A DNA stretch of 64,000 bases from Bacteroidota bacterium (lineage in GTDB: Bacteria > Bacteroidota > Bacteroidia > 2-12-FULL-35-15), in contig JANYDQ010000157.1 in the NCBI GenBank assembly GCA_025363555.1, forward strand, positions 2,247-66,246. Reading direction: 5' to 3'. Made by a program: the position numbers and the translations under genes. The stretch's first letter is position 1. Every line of letters starts with the position of its first letter. Below, piece after piece: positions 27,637 to 37,068 of this stretch. The notes beneath the pieces were generated by a model. That model was not told the origin of the DNA, made no database searches, and was given only the letters and a program-made list of their open reading frames with translations.

Positions 27637-29549
27637 GTAATTGGTTTAAAAGAAAACCCGACCTTCTTTCTTCCGAAGAAAGACTAACAATAATTGAAAA
27701 GGCAGCGAAACAAGTTGGCCCGGGAGTGTTTTTTTCAAATATTGTTGTAATAATATCTTTTTTACCTGTTTTCTTACTTACGGGGATGGAAGGGAAATTA
27801 TTCAGTCCTTTGGCGTGGACAAAAACATTTATTCTGTTGGTTGATGCGTTTCTTGCTGTTACTCTTGCTCCTGTTTTGATTTCATTTTTTCTGAAAGGTA
27901 ATTTGAAACCCGAAGGAGCAAACCCAATAGTAAGGGGGTTGGAAAAAGTTTATAAACCTGTTCTGAAATTATGTTTGAACTGGAGAAAGACAACTATTGT
28001 TGTAAATATAATTGCTCTCGTGTTTGCTATCTTTATATTTTCACGATTGGGGTCTGAATTTATGCCACCGCTTGATGAAGGCTCTATTTTATTTATGCCT
28101 GTAACATTACCTGATATTTCAAACTCAGAAGCAAAAAGGCTTTTGCAAGTGCAGGATAAAATTATTAAATCTCTACCCGAAGTTGAAAATGTTTTGGGTA
28201 AGGCAGGGAGAGCGAACACCGCTACTGACAATTCACCCATAAGTATGATTGAAACTGTAATACTTTTGAAACCAAAAACTGAATGGCGAAAAGGTTTTAC
28301 AAAAGACAGCATTATTAATGAATTAAATACTAAGCTTCAAATTCCCGGAATAACAAACGGGTGGACACAACCGATTATTAACCGTATTAATATGCTTTCG
28401 ACAGGAATAAGGACTGATGTAGGAGTTAAAGTTTATGGACAAAACCTTGATACTATATTTTCTTTTTCACAAAAGCTTAAAAAAAGTATAGAAGATATTG
28501 CGGGCATCCAGGATTTATATGTAGAGCCTATTACAGGAGGAAGGTATATTGATATTGTAATTAAAAGAGAAGAAATTGGACGTTACGGGCTTACGGTAAA
28601 TGATGTTAATTCAGTTATAGAAACTGCATTGGGTGGAATGAAACTGACTACTACGATTGAAGGCAGGCAGCGGTTTTCAATTAATGCGCGTTATGGGGAG
28701 GACTTTAGAAACAACCTGACTGCATTAAATCAACTACAAGTTCAGACTATGAATTACGGCCCCATTCCACTCTCTGCTGTTGCGGATATTAAATTATGGG
28801 AAGGACCGCCAATGATAAATTCGGAAAATGCTTTATTGAGAGGAACAATATTATTTAATGTAAGAGGAAGAGATTTAGGCAGCACTGTAACTGAGGCACA
28901 GAAAAAATTAAGTATGATGATTAATAAAATGCCAAAAGGATATTTTATAGAATGGAGTGGGCAATGGGAAAACCAGTTAAGGGCAAATAAAACATTAAAA
29001 CTTATTATGCCTGTTGTTCTTATTTTTATATTCTTTGTTCTCTATTTCACTTATCATTCGGCTAAAGAAGCTATTCTTACAATGATAACTGTTCCATTTG
29101 GATTGATAGGAGGGGTTGTAATGGTTTATTTGTATGACATAAATCTTTCTGTTGCAGTTGCTGTTGGTTTTATTGCTTTATTTGGTATGGCTGTGGAGCT
29201 TGCTATGTTGATGACCATATATCTTAATGAAGCGATGCAAAAATTGGTAAACGATAAAGGAAATTCCAGAGAAACTATATCTACTGATGATTTAAGAGAG
29301 TATATAATAATTGGTGCAACTAAAAGGCTTCGCCCTGTTATTATGACTGTTTCGGTTTCCTTGTTTGGTCTAATTCCTATTTTGTGGGCAACAGGAGTTG
29401 GGAGCGATGTAATGCGCCCGATTACAATTCCTCTTTTGGGAGGGACTATTAGTACAATAGTATTTGTAATGTTCGTAACACCAATAGTACTTGAAATGAC
29501 AAAGGAAAGGGAACTAAAACGCAATGGTAAAATCACTTTAATAGAATGA
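27633..29549 (+). CDS. CusA/CzcA-family heavy-metal RND efflux pump, C-terminal portion (TM5-12, periplasmic loop 2)
   Basis: Continues the CusA alignment ('IIEKAAKQVGPGVFFSNIVVIISFLPVFLLTGMEGKLF'). The two ORFs sum to 1063 aa, about one full CusA. Confidence 0.8.
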   Translation: MSNWFKRKPDLLSSEERLTIIEKAAKQVGPGVFFSNIVVIISFLPVFLLTGMEGKLFSPLAWTKTFILLVDAFLAVTLAPVLISFFLKGNLKPEGANPIVRGLEKVYKPVLKLCLNWRKTTIVVNIIALVFAIFIFSRLGSEFMPPLDEGSILFMPVTLPDISNSEAKRLLQVQDKIIKSLPEVENVLGKAGRANTATDNSPISMIETVILLKPKTEWRKGFTKDSIINELNTKLQIPGITNGWTQPIINRINMLSTGIRTDVGVKVYGQNLDTIFSFSQKLKKSIEDIAGIQDLYVEPITGGRYIDIVIKREEIGRYGLTVNDVNSVIETALGGMKLTTTIEGRQRFSINARYGEDFRNNLTALNQLQVQTMNYGPIPLSAVADIKLWEGPPMINSENALLRGTILFNVRGRDLGSTVTEAQKKLSMMINKMPKGYFIEWSGQWENQLRANKTLKLIMPVVLIFIFFVLYFTYHSAKEAILTMITVPFGLIGGVVMVYLYDINLSVAVAVGFIALFGMAVELAMLMTIYLNEAMQKLVNDKGNSRETISTDDLREYIIIGATKRLRPVIMTVSVSLFGLIPILWATGVGSDVMRPITIPLLGGTISTIVFVMFVTPIVLEMTKERELKRNGKITLIE

Positions 29550-30808
29550 GGAAAACAATATTGACATTTGTATTTGTATTTGTATTCTCTTTATTTTATG
29601 TCAAGGCGCAACGAATGAATATTGATTCTATTCTTTCTGCCATTGACAAACAACATCCTTCAGTAAAAATGTTTGATGCAGATATTGCATCTATGAACGC
29701 TGCTGCCAAAGGAGCGCGAAGCTGGATGCCTCCCGAAGTGGGAGCGGGTTTCTGGATGACACCCTATAACCCGATGATGTGGAAAGCGGATGCAGAAAAT
29801 AATTACAGTGGTATGGGGTCGTTTATGGTTTCGGCTCAACAAATGTTTCCAAATAGAAAACAACAGGATGCTAATTCTGCTTATATGAGTGCAATGTCGT
29901 CAGTGGAAGTGCAAAATAAAAATACTACGCTGAATGATTTATATGCAGAGGCAAGGAAAAATTATTTTGAGTGGGTGGTGTTGAAAAAGAAATCAGCAAT
30001 TATAGAACAGGATTCTGTATTGCTTACCTATATGATTGCTGATGCGGAATTGCGGTTTAAAAATAATATGGAAAAACTTAGTGCTTATTATAAAGCAAAA
30101 GCAGCACTTGGTAATTTGCAAAATATGAAACTGATGGTGCTGAATGAAATGAAGCAAAAACAAATTGCATTAAATACTTTGATGAATAGAAAGGTTACTA
30201 CTTCATTTGATATTGATAGTACTTATCATTTAAAAGATTATTCTGTTTATCATTTTGACAGTACTTTGTTTTCAACAAACCGAACTGATATTATTGCGAT
30301 AGACAAAAATATTACTCTTAACCAACTTCACCTGAAACTGGAGAAAGCGAATTTAAAGCCACAGTTCGGGGTGCGTTATGATAATATGTTTGCGTTTGGG
30401 ACACAGCCTTACCAGTTCTCTTTAATGGGAATGGTGAAAATTCCTATTGCTCCCTGGTCGTCAAAAATGAGCAAAGCAACTATTGAAAGTTTGAAATTAA
30501 AAAATGAGGCATTGCAAAGTGAAAAACAAATGATGATTAATGAATCGAATGGTATGGCAAGTTCGATGTTGAATATGATTGAAACAAAAAAGAAACAAAT
30601 TAAATTATATGAAACTAATATTATTCCTGCTTTAAAAAACAATTACAAAACTATGGAGTTGGGTTATGAGCAAAATACAGAAGAGTTGTTTATGTTGTAT
30701 GATGCGTGGGAATCATTAAATATGACACAACTTGATTATTTAGACCAGTTGCAACAATTATTAACAATGCAAACAGAACTGGATAAAATTCTCCAATTGA
30801 AAAAATGA
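29546..30808 (+). CDS. TolC-family outer membrane efflux protein (CusC-like)
   Basis: Signal peptide present. 420 aa with coiled-coil heptads typical of the outer membrane efflux protein family. Both ends have ATGA overlaps with neighbouring genes. Confidence 0.75.
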   Translation: MRKTILTFVFVFVFSLFYVKAQRMNIDSILSAIDKQHPSVKMFDADIASMNAAAKGARSWMPPEVGAGFWMTPYNPMMWKADAENNYSGMGSFMVSAQQMFPNRKQQDANSAYMSAMSSVEVQNKNTTLNDLYAEARKNYFEWVVLKKKSAIIEQDSVLLTYMIADAELRFKNNMEKLSAYYKAKAALGNLQNMKLMVLNEMKQKQIALNTLMNRKVTTSFDIDSTYHLKDYSVYHFDSTLFSTNRTDIIAIDKNITLNQLHLKLEKANLKPQFGVRYDNMFAFGTQPYQFSLMGMVKIPIAPWSSKMSKATIESLKLKNEALQSEKQMMINESNGMASSMLNMIETKKKQIKLYETNIIPALKNNYKTMELGYEQNTEELFMLYDAWESLNMTQLDYLDQLQQLLTMQTELDKILQLKK

Positions 30809-32052
30809 AAACAATAAAAGAAATATTGAATTCATTTTTTGTTTTGTTTTTTGCAATGCAACTGATTTCCTGTGGGCAAAATGAAAAGTCTTCAAGGCAA
30901 GATACTATAAATGATATGCAGGGTATGGATATGGGTGATAAAAAAACAAAGCAAGATACAATGCCAGATATGGATATGGGAGATAAAAAAGAAAAGAGTG
31001 AACTTGTAAACCGTCCGTCTGCAACTATTTCATTGAATGATGTGATTAAACCAACAAATAAATTTGTGCTTACTTCTTTACCACTTACAACATTACAACA
31101 ACTAACAAATAAAGTTGATTTGCAATTTTATGGAATTGTAAATTATAATGAAAAAGATGCAGAAATAATTTCTTCGCGTGTGTCGGGAAGGATTGATAAG
31201 CTATATTTAAAATATCGTTTTGAAAGTATTTCAAAAGGAGAAAAGTTAATGGAAATATACAGTCCCGAATTGGTAACAGCACAACAGGATTTACTTTTTA
31301 TTTTAAATAATGATGCCGGAAATAATTCGCTTATTGAATCAGCAAAACAAAAACTACTGTTACTTGGAATGAATGAAATGCAGTTAAATGAGCTTATACA
31401 TAAGAAAACCATTAAGAATACGATTACTATTTACAGTAATTACTATGGACATATTCACGAATCGGGAGAAAAGGCTTCAATGAATAATATGGAACCTGTA
31501 ATGAATACTGCTAGCGAAATTACACAACCTCTTTCATTAAAAGAAGGAATGTATGTTACCAAAGGACAGCAGTTATTTATGATTTACAACCCTGACAATG
31601 CGTGGATTCTTGCAAACGTATTTCCTGAACAACAACCTTATGTTCATAAAGGAGATGTTGTATATGTGAGTTCGGGTACTGATTCCTCCAATCTATTTTC
31701 AGGGAAGATTGATTTTATAGAGCCTCAATATAGGGATGGAAACAAAACATTAACTGTGAGAATTAATTTTGATAATGCTTCTTTAAAATTTCCGATTGGC
31801 GGCAGGGTGAAAGTAGAAGAAAAAAATATAGCTATAAGTGGTGCGTGGCTTGCTACTTCCAGCATTCTTTCTCTTGGAAAAGATAAGGTGGTTTTTGTGA
31901 AATCAGGGAATGGTTTTGTTGCAAGAAAAATTAATGTGAACTATTCAACTTTGGAAAAATCTCTTGTGAATGGTGATTTTTCTTCAAAAGATTCAGTTGT
32001 TCTTAATGCTCAATATTTAATTGACAGTGAAAGTTTCATTAAAGTAAAATAA
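30805..32052 (+). CDS. Efflux RND periplasmic adaptor (CusB-like) with lipoprotein signal and Met-rich tandem N-terminal repeat
   Basis: 'LISCGQ' lipobox, a 'DMQGMDMGDKK...MPDMDMGDKK' repeat, and a biotinyl-lipoyl plus beta-barrel adaptor core. Confidence 0.8.
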   Translation: MKTIKEILNSFFVLFFAMQLISCGQNEKSSRQDTINDMQGMDMGDKKTKQDTMPDMDMGDKKEKSELVNRPSATISLNDVIKPTNKFVLTSLPLTTLQQLTNKVDLQFYGIVNYNEKDAEIISSRVSGRIDKLYLKYRFESISKGEKLMEIYSPELVTAQQDLLFILNNDAGNNSLIESAKQKLLLLGMNEMQLNELIHKKTIKNTITIYSNYYGHIHESGEKASMNNMEPVMNTASEITQPLSLKEGMYVTKGQQLFMIYNPDNAWILANVFPEQQPYVHKGDVVYVSSGTDSSNLFSGKIDFIEPQYRDGNKTLTVRINFDNASLKFPIGGRVKVEEKNIAISGAWLATSSILSLGKDKVVFVKSGNGFVARKINVNYSTLEKSLVNGDFSSKDSVVLNAQYLIDSESFIKVK

Positions 32053-32055
32053 AAA

Positions 32056-33240
32056 ATGCTGCGTTATCTTTTCCTAATTTCATTTTTGTTTTTTGTTGGT
32101 TGCAAACCTAAAAACATTAAACAGGTAACTGAAAATAAAGTTTATTATACCTGTTCAATGCACCCACAGGTGAGGAAAGACAAGCCAGGGAAATGCCCTA
32201 TTTGTGGAATGGAATTGCATCCTGTAAGTATTCAGAAAAATATTTTATCAGATGAAATTTATTTGAATGAACAACAAATTCTGTTGGGAAATATTAAAGC
32301 AGACACACTTCATACTGAAAATATTGGTGAAGCTACTACTCTTGTTGCGACAGTAAATACGAATACTGATAATACAAGTTCTATAAGTTCGAGGGTGATG
32401 GGAAAAATTGAAAAACTTTATTTCAAGACCAAAGGTGATTATATTAATAAAGGTGATAAACTTTATGACATTAACAGCGAAGACTTAAATATAGCGAAAC
32501 AGCAATATTTACTTGCCTTGGAGAAAACAAAACAACCGCACAATGATTTTGTTGATGCAAAGCAATTAATTGAATCTGCAAAAAACAAATTGCTTTTGTA
32601 TGGAATTAGTGAGGAACAATTAAAAGATATTTCATCGTTTCCTGTAACAACTATATCAAGTTTGGCAAGCGGATATATTATAGAGTTGGCAACTAAAGAA
32701 GGTGATTATATTATGCAGGGTGCTGTTGTTTTTAAAATTGCAAACCTTACTACTTTATGGGTGGAAGCACAGGTTTACCCAACACAATTGAAAGACATTT
32801 ATAAAAATGCAGAAGCTATTGTTACATTTCCTGATTTTTCTGACAAATCATTTACAGGCAAAATTGATTTTATAAATCCTGAATTAAACAGCGGAACGCA
32901 ACTTGATTTAATTCGTGTGGAAATTCCAAACAAAGATTTATTGATAAAACCCGGAATGGCTGCAATAGTGAATTTAAAACATCATCTTCACAAAGCATTT
33001 GCTTTGCCTGTTGATGCTGTTATTCGTGATAGTAAAGGGGCAATTGTATGGGTACAAACTTCATCAAATACATTCAAAAGCCGAATGATAAAAACAGGAA
33101 TTGAATCGGGAGATAAGATTGAAATCATTTCTGGAATAATGGAAGGTGATGTAATTGTAACAAGCGGAGCATACTTACTTAATAGCGAATATATATTCAA
33201 GAAAGGTAAAAACAGTAGTATGGAAGGAATGAAAATGTAA
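32056..33240 (+). CDS. Efflux RND periplasmic adaptor (CusB-like) with N-terminal CxxC heavy-metal-binding domain
   Basis: 'YYTCSMHPQVRKDKPGKCPICGMEL' N-terminal module followed by an adaptor core. Confidence 0.8.
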   Translation: MLRYLFLISFLFFVGCKPKNIKQVTENKVYYTCSMHPQVRKDKPGKCPICGMELHPVSIQKNILSDEIYLNEQQILLGNIKADTLHTENIGEATTLVATVNTNTDNTSSISSRVMGKIEKLYFKTKGDYINKGDKLYDINSEDLNIAKQQYLLALEKTKQPHNDFVDAKQLIESAKNKLLLYGISEEQLKDISSFPVTTISSLASGYIIELATKEGDYIMQGAVVFKIANLTTLWVEAQVYPTQLKDIYKNAEAIVTFPDFSDKSFTGKIDFINPELNSGTQLDLIRVEIPNKDLLIKPGMAAIVNLKHHLHKAFALPVDAVIRDSKGAIVWVQTSSNTFKSRMIKTGIESGDKIEIISGIMEGDVIVTSGAYLLNSEYIFKKGKNSSMEGMKM

Positions 33241-33265
33241 ATTATTTGAAAGATTAAAATTAAAA

Positions 33266-35284
33266 ATGGAACACGAACATACACACAATCATTCACAACA
33301 TAGTATGAATGCGCCAATGGGAATGGCGGGGCATAATCATCATAAAATGATGGTTGATGATTTTAAGAAAAGGTTTTATATAACCCTTATTATAACTGTG
33401 CCTGTAATGCTGCTTTCGCCAATGATTCAGCTATGGTTTCATTTTTCAATTGCGTTTAAAGGTTCCGCTTATTTATTGTTGTCACTTTCTACAGTTGTTT
33501 TCTTTTATGGTGGAATGCCTTTCCTGAAAGGTTTGGCGGATGAATTAAAGCAAAGGGCATTAGGAATGATGACTTTGATTGCTGTTGCTATTACTGCTGC
33601 TTATGCTTATAGTGTGGCTACTGTGTTTGGTTTGGCAGGGATGGATTTCTTTTGGGAGCTGTGTACATTGATTTTAATAATGTTGCTTGGTCACTGGATA
33701 GAAATGAAATCGGTGGCGGGTGCGTCAAGGGAACTGGAATTGCTTGTTCAGTTGATGCCTTCGGATGCACATATGATAATGGGAGAAATGATTCACGAAG
33801 TAAAAACAGATTCGTTAAAAGAAGGTGATTTGATTTTGATAAAGTCGGGAGAAAAGGTTGCTGCTGATGGAATAATTTTGGAAGGTGAAAGTTATTTGAA
33901 TGAATCAATGTTAACAGGGGAATCCGTGCCTGTAAAAAAAATTAAAGATGATAAAATAATTGCAGGTTCTATTAATGGTAGTGGCTCGCTGAAAGTAACG
34001 GTTACTCATTCTTCAAAAGATTCTTATTTATCAAGGGTTATTAAGTTGGTGGATGATGCTCAAAAAACAAAATCAAAAACTCAATTGCTTGCTGATAAAG
34101 CTGCGAAAATTCTAACTATTGTTGCTTTGGTGGCAGGTTTTTCTACTTTCTTTTTCTGGTGGTTAGTGGCAAAGGAACCAATAGTATTTGCATTGGAAAG
34201 AATGGTAACAGTGATTGTGATTTGTTGTCCTCACGCTTTGGGATTGGCTGTGCCGTTGGTGGTTGCCATCTCAACTTCTCTTTCTGCAAAGAATGGTTTG
34301 CTGATAAAAAACAGGACTGCCTTTGAGAACGCAAGAAAAATCACTACAATTATTTTTGATAAAACCGGAACGCTGACTTATGGGAAATTTGAAGTGGCAA
34401 GAATAGTGAGCCTTACTGCTAACATTGATGAAAAAGAAATTGTTCGCATTGCATCGGCATTGGAACAAAACTCTGAACATCCTATTGCAACGGGTATTAT
34501 TGCAAAAGCAAAAGAATTTTCTGTTGCGATTCCTTCTGTAAGTAGTTTTAATTCCCTGACAGGTAAAGGAATTGAAGCTGTGGTGGAAGGAAAAAATATT
34601 AAAGTTGTAAGCCCGGGTTATCTGAAAGAAAATAAAATTGCGTTACCTGAAAATTATTCAGGTACGAATGCTGAAACAATTGTGTTTGTGATTATCAATG
34701 ATGAATTGGCGGGTTATATTGCATTGGCTGATAAAATTAGAAGTGAATCTGCGGAAGCAATCAGAACACTTCACGAAAATAATATTAAATCACTATTGCT
34801 AACGGGAGATAATGCGATGGTGGCAAAGAGTGTAAGCGATGAATTAAAGATGGATGGATTCTTTGCCGAAGTGTTGCCACATCAGAAGTTGGAAAAAATA
34901 AAGGAGTTGCAAAATAAAGGTGAATTTGTGGCAATGACGGGAGATGGTGTGAATGATGCACCTGCCCTGGCGCAAGCCGATATTGGTATTGCGGTTGGGA
35001 GTGGTAGCGACATTGCAGCAGAAACCGCAGGAATAGTTTTGGTAAATAGTAATCCGCAGGATATAGCAAGTTTAATTTTGTTTGGTAAAGCAACTTATAA
35101 AAAGATGATTCAGAATTTAATTTGGGCAACAGGATATAATGTAATTGCTTTGCCCCTTGCGGCTGGTGTACTTTATAAATGGAACATAATGTTAAGCCCT
35201 GCAATGGGTGCTGTACTTATGAGTTTAAGCACTATTGTGGTTGCTATAAATGCAAAAATGCTGAAAGTAAAATCGGTTAAATAA
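33266..35284 (+). CDS. Heavy-metal (copper) translocating P1B-type ATPase, CopB-like (His-rich N-terminus, CPH motif)
   Basis: N-terminus 'MEHEHTHNHSQHSMNAPMGMAGHNHHKMM'. Also 'CCPHALGLAVP', DKTGTLT and GDGVNDAPALAQADIGIAVG. Confidence 0.9.
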   Translation: MEHEHTHNHSQHSMNAPMGMAGHNHHKMMVDDFKKRFYITLIITVPVMLLSPMIQLWFHFSIAFKGSAYLLLSLSTVVFFYGGMPFLKGLADELKQRALGMMTLIAVAITAAYAYSVATVFGLAGMDFFWELCTLILIMLLGHWIEMKSVAGASRELELLVQLMPSDAHMIMGEMIHEVKTDSLKEGDLILIKSGEKVAADGIILEGESYLNESMLTGESVPVKKIKDDKIIAGSINGSGSLKVTVTHSSKDSYLSRVIKLVDDAQKTKSKTQLLADKAAKILTIVALVAGFSTFFFWWLVAKEPIVFALERMVTVIVICCPHALGLAVPLVVAISTSLSAKNGLLIKNRTAFENARKITTIIFDKTGTLTYGKFEVARIVSLTANIDEKEIVRIASALEQNSEHPIATGIIAKAKEFSVAIPSVSSFNSLTGKGIEAVVEGKNIKVVSPGYLKENKIALPENYSGTNAETIVFVIINDELAGYIALADKIRSESAEAIRTLHENNIKSLLLTGDNAMVAKSVSDELKMDGFFAEVLPHQKLEKIKELQNKGEFVAMTGDGVNDAPALAQADIGIAVGSGSDIAAETAGIVLVNSNPQDIASLILFGKATYKKMIQNLIWATGYNVIALPLAAGVLYKWNIMLSPAMGAVLMSLSTIVVAINAKMLKVKSVK

Positions 35285-35330
35285 ATCTCCAAAGGAGGAA
35301 ATAGTTTTTTCTTATTAAATAAAAAATAAT

Positions 35331-35338
35331 TACCTTTG
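35331..35338 (+). promoter_or_regulatory. -7 box TACCTTTG abutting the second HYC_CC_PP-like gene
   Basis: Same octamer as at 17493-17500. A probable GTG start lies at 35348. Confidence 0.4.
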
Positions 35339-35758
35339 TTGCGTAAAGTGAAAATTAAAAAGATCATATCAAAAAACATTAGCTGCTTATTACTTGTTGT
35401 AATGACATATATGCACATTTGTTCTGCTTTTTGTGCAACGGGAGTCGATTTTTGTTGCAGCGAAGGTGATGAAGGCAACAATTGTGAAAAATCCTGTTCC
35501 GCACAAGAAGAAAAATCTGCCAACCCAAAACCTGACTGCCAGGACCTTCATTTTTCATTTTTCAATGCAACCGGACAATACGCATTTGCAAAAAGTATTG
35601 ATACTGTAAAAGTGTTTTTTACAATTGTTCAAATTGTAACTCCTATATTAAATATACTTCCCGTTTCGCATAGAGAAGATATTTTTGCTTTTAATGGTTT
35701 TCATCCCCCACCCCCAAAATCCGATATAAGAATTTTTATCAATAGTTTCCTGATTTGA
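35336..35758 (+). CDS. Small Cys-rich protein, HYC_CC_PP-like (MHIC, CC, PPPP)
   Basis: 'LLLVVMTYMHICSAFC...DFCCSE...GFHPPPPKSD' is a paralog of the 17500 gene. The ORF-track start is TTG at 35336. The start is more likely GTG at 35348 (MKIKKIISKN...). Confidence 0.45.
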   Translation: MLRKVKIKKIISKNISCLLLVVMTYMHICSAFCATGVDFCCSEGDEGNNCEKSCSAQEEKSANPKPDCQDLHFSFFNATGQYAFAKSIDTVKVFFTIVQIVTPILNILPVSHREDIFAFNGFHPPPPKSDIRIFINSFLI

Positions 35759-35779
35759 TTTTTTTAATATTTTAATTCA

Positions 35780-35804
35780 CACGGCAGAATATTTTCTGAC
35801 CGTG
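35780..35804 (+). terminator. Weak hairpin downstream of the HYC_CC_PP-like gene
   Basis: CACGGCAG...CTGACCGTG imperfect inverted repeat with a T-run 8 nt later. Confidence 0.3.
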
Positions 35805-35874
35805 CAGGACTTTTTATTGTCAATTCAATAAAAATAAATAAAAATAAATTCTTATTATAAAATTAAATCAAACA

Positions 35875-37062
35875 ATGAAAAAACAAATTACTTTGATGGC
35901 AGTACTTTTAGTAGTACTTAATTCTCTCCTTTTTGGACAAGTAGGTTGGACACAAAAGGCAAATTTCCCTGGGGCAGCACGTTATCACGCTGTAAGTTTT
36001 ACAATTGGAAACAAGTTGTATGTTGGCACAGGTTGGAATAATAGTGTTTACTACAACGATTTTTATGAGTATGACCCTTCAACAGATACCTGGACTGCAA
36101 AAGCAAACTTCCCAGGTGTGGCACGTTATGCAGCATCTGCATTCAGTATTGGTAGCAAAGGGTATGTAGGATGTGGAAGAGTGGGAAGTACTTATTACAA
36201 TGATTTTTATGAATACGACCCCAGCACCGATACGTGGGCAATAAAAGCAAATTTTATTGGTACATCAAGGCATCACCCTATTGGGTTTTCCATTGGTACA
36301 AAAGGATATATGGGGATAGGACAGAATAGTAGTTTACTAAACGATATGTATGAATATGACCCTGTAGCGAATAGCTGGACACAGAAATCAAACTATGGCG
36401 GCACTGCACGACACGCTGCTGTTGCTTTTGTGATTGACAGTAATGCGTATGTTGGTTGTGGTTATATAGGTACTGGTTATACAAATGATTTTTGGAAATA
36501 TAATCCTATAACGGATGTTTGGACACAAATTGCAAATTATGCAGGCAATGGCAGAGAACACGATATTGGTTTTGCAATTGGTGGTTTGGGTTATGTAGGT
36601 AATGGATATGCTACAACTGGCGATACAAAAGATTTTTATGAATATGACCCAATAGGGAATGTGTGGACACAAAAAGCGGATTTTGGAGGTACGGTGCGTG
36701 AAGGCGCTGTAGGTTTGAGTATTGGTACAAATGGATATGTAGCTACTGGTTGGGATGGCACTAATAGAAAAGATTTGTGGGAGTATTCAACCGTTTCTGG
36801 TATTCCTGAAATATTAAATTCATCATCAATAAATGTTTTTCCTAATCCTTCAAATGGTGAATTCAATGTTGAGTTGCCTTCTGCAAATACATTACCTTCC
36901 GAAATTATTATTACAGATATATTAGGTAAAAAATTACAGTCAATTAATTGGAATGGAAAGGATGAAACAATGAAGCTAAAAACTAATCTTAATTCGGGAA
37001 TTTATTTTTTGAAAATAAAAAATAAGGAGCAAATTATAACTAAAAAAGTAATTATAAACTAA
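35875..37062 (+). CDS. Kelch-repeat beta-propeller protein with T9SS C-terminal sorting domain
   Basis: Six or more 'Y.G.G......ND...YDP..D.W' Kelch blades. C-terminus 'VFPNPSNGEFNVEL...GIYFLKI..KKVIIN'. Confidence 0.75.
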   Translation: MKKQITLMAVLLVVLNSLLFGQVGWTQKANFPGAARYHAVSFTIGNKLYVGTGWNNSVYYNDFYEYDPSTDTWTAKANFPGVARYAASAFSIGSKGYVGCGRVGSTYYNDFYEYDPSTDTWAIKANFIGTSRHHPIGFSIGTKGYMGIGQNSSLLNDMYEYDPVANSWTQKSNYGGTARHAAVAFVIDSNAYVGCGYIGTGYTNDFWKYNPITDVWTQIANYAGNGREHDIGFAIGGLGYVGNGYATTGDTKDFYEYDPIGNVWTQKADFGGTVREGAVGLSIGTNGYVATGWDGTNRKDLWEYSTVSGIPEILNSSSINVFPNPSNGEFNVELPSANTLPSEIIITDILGKKLQSINWNGKDETMKLKTNLNSGIYFLKIKNKEQIITKKVIIN

Positions 37063-37068
37063 ATCAAA

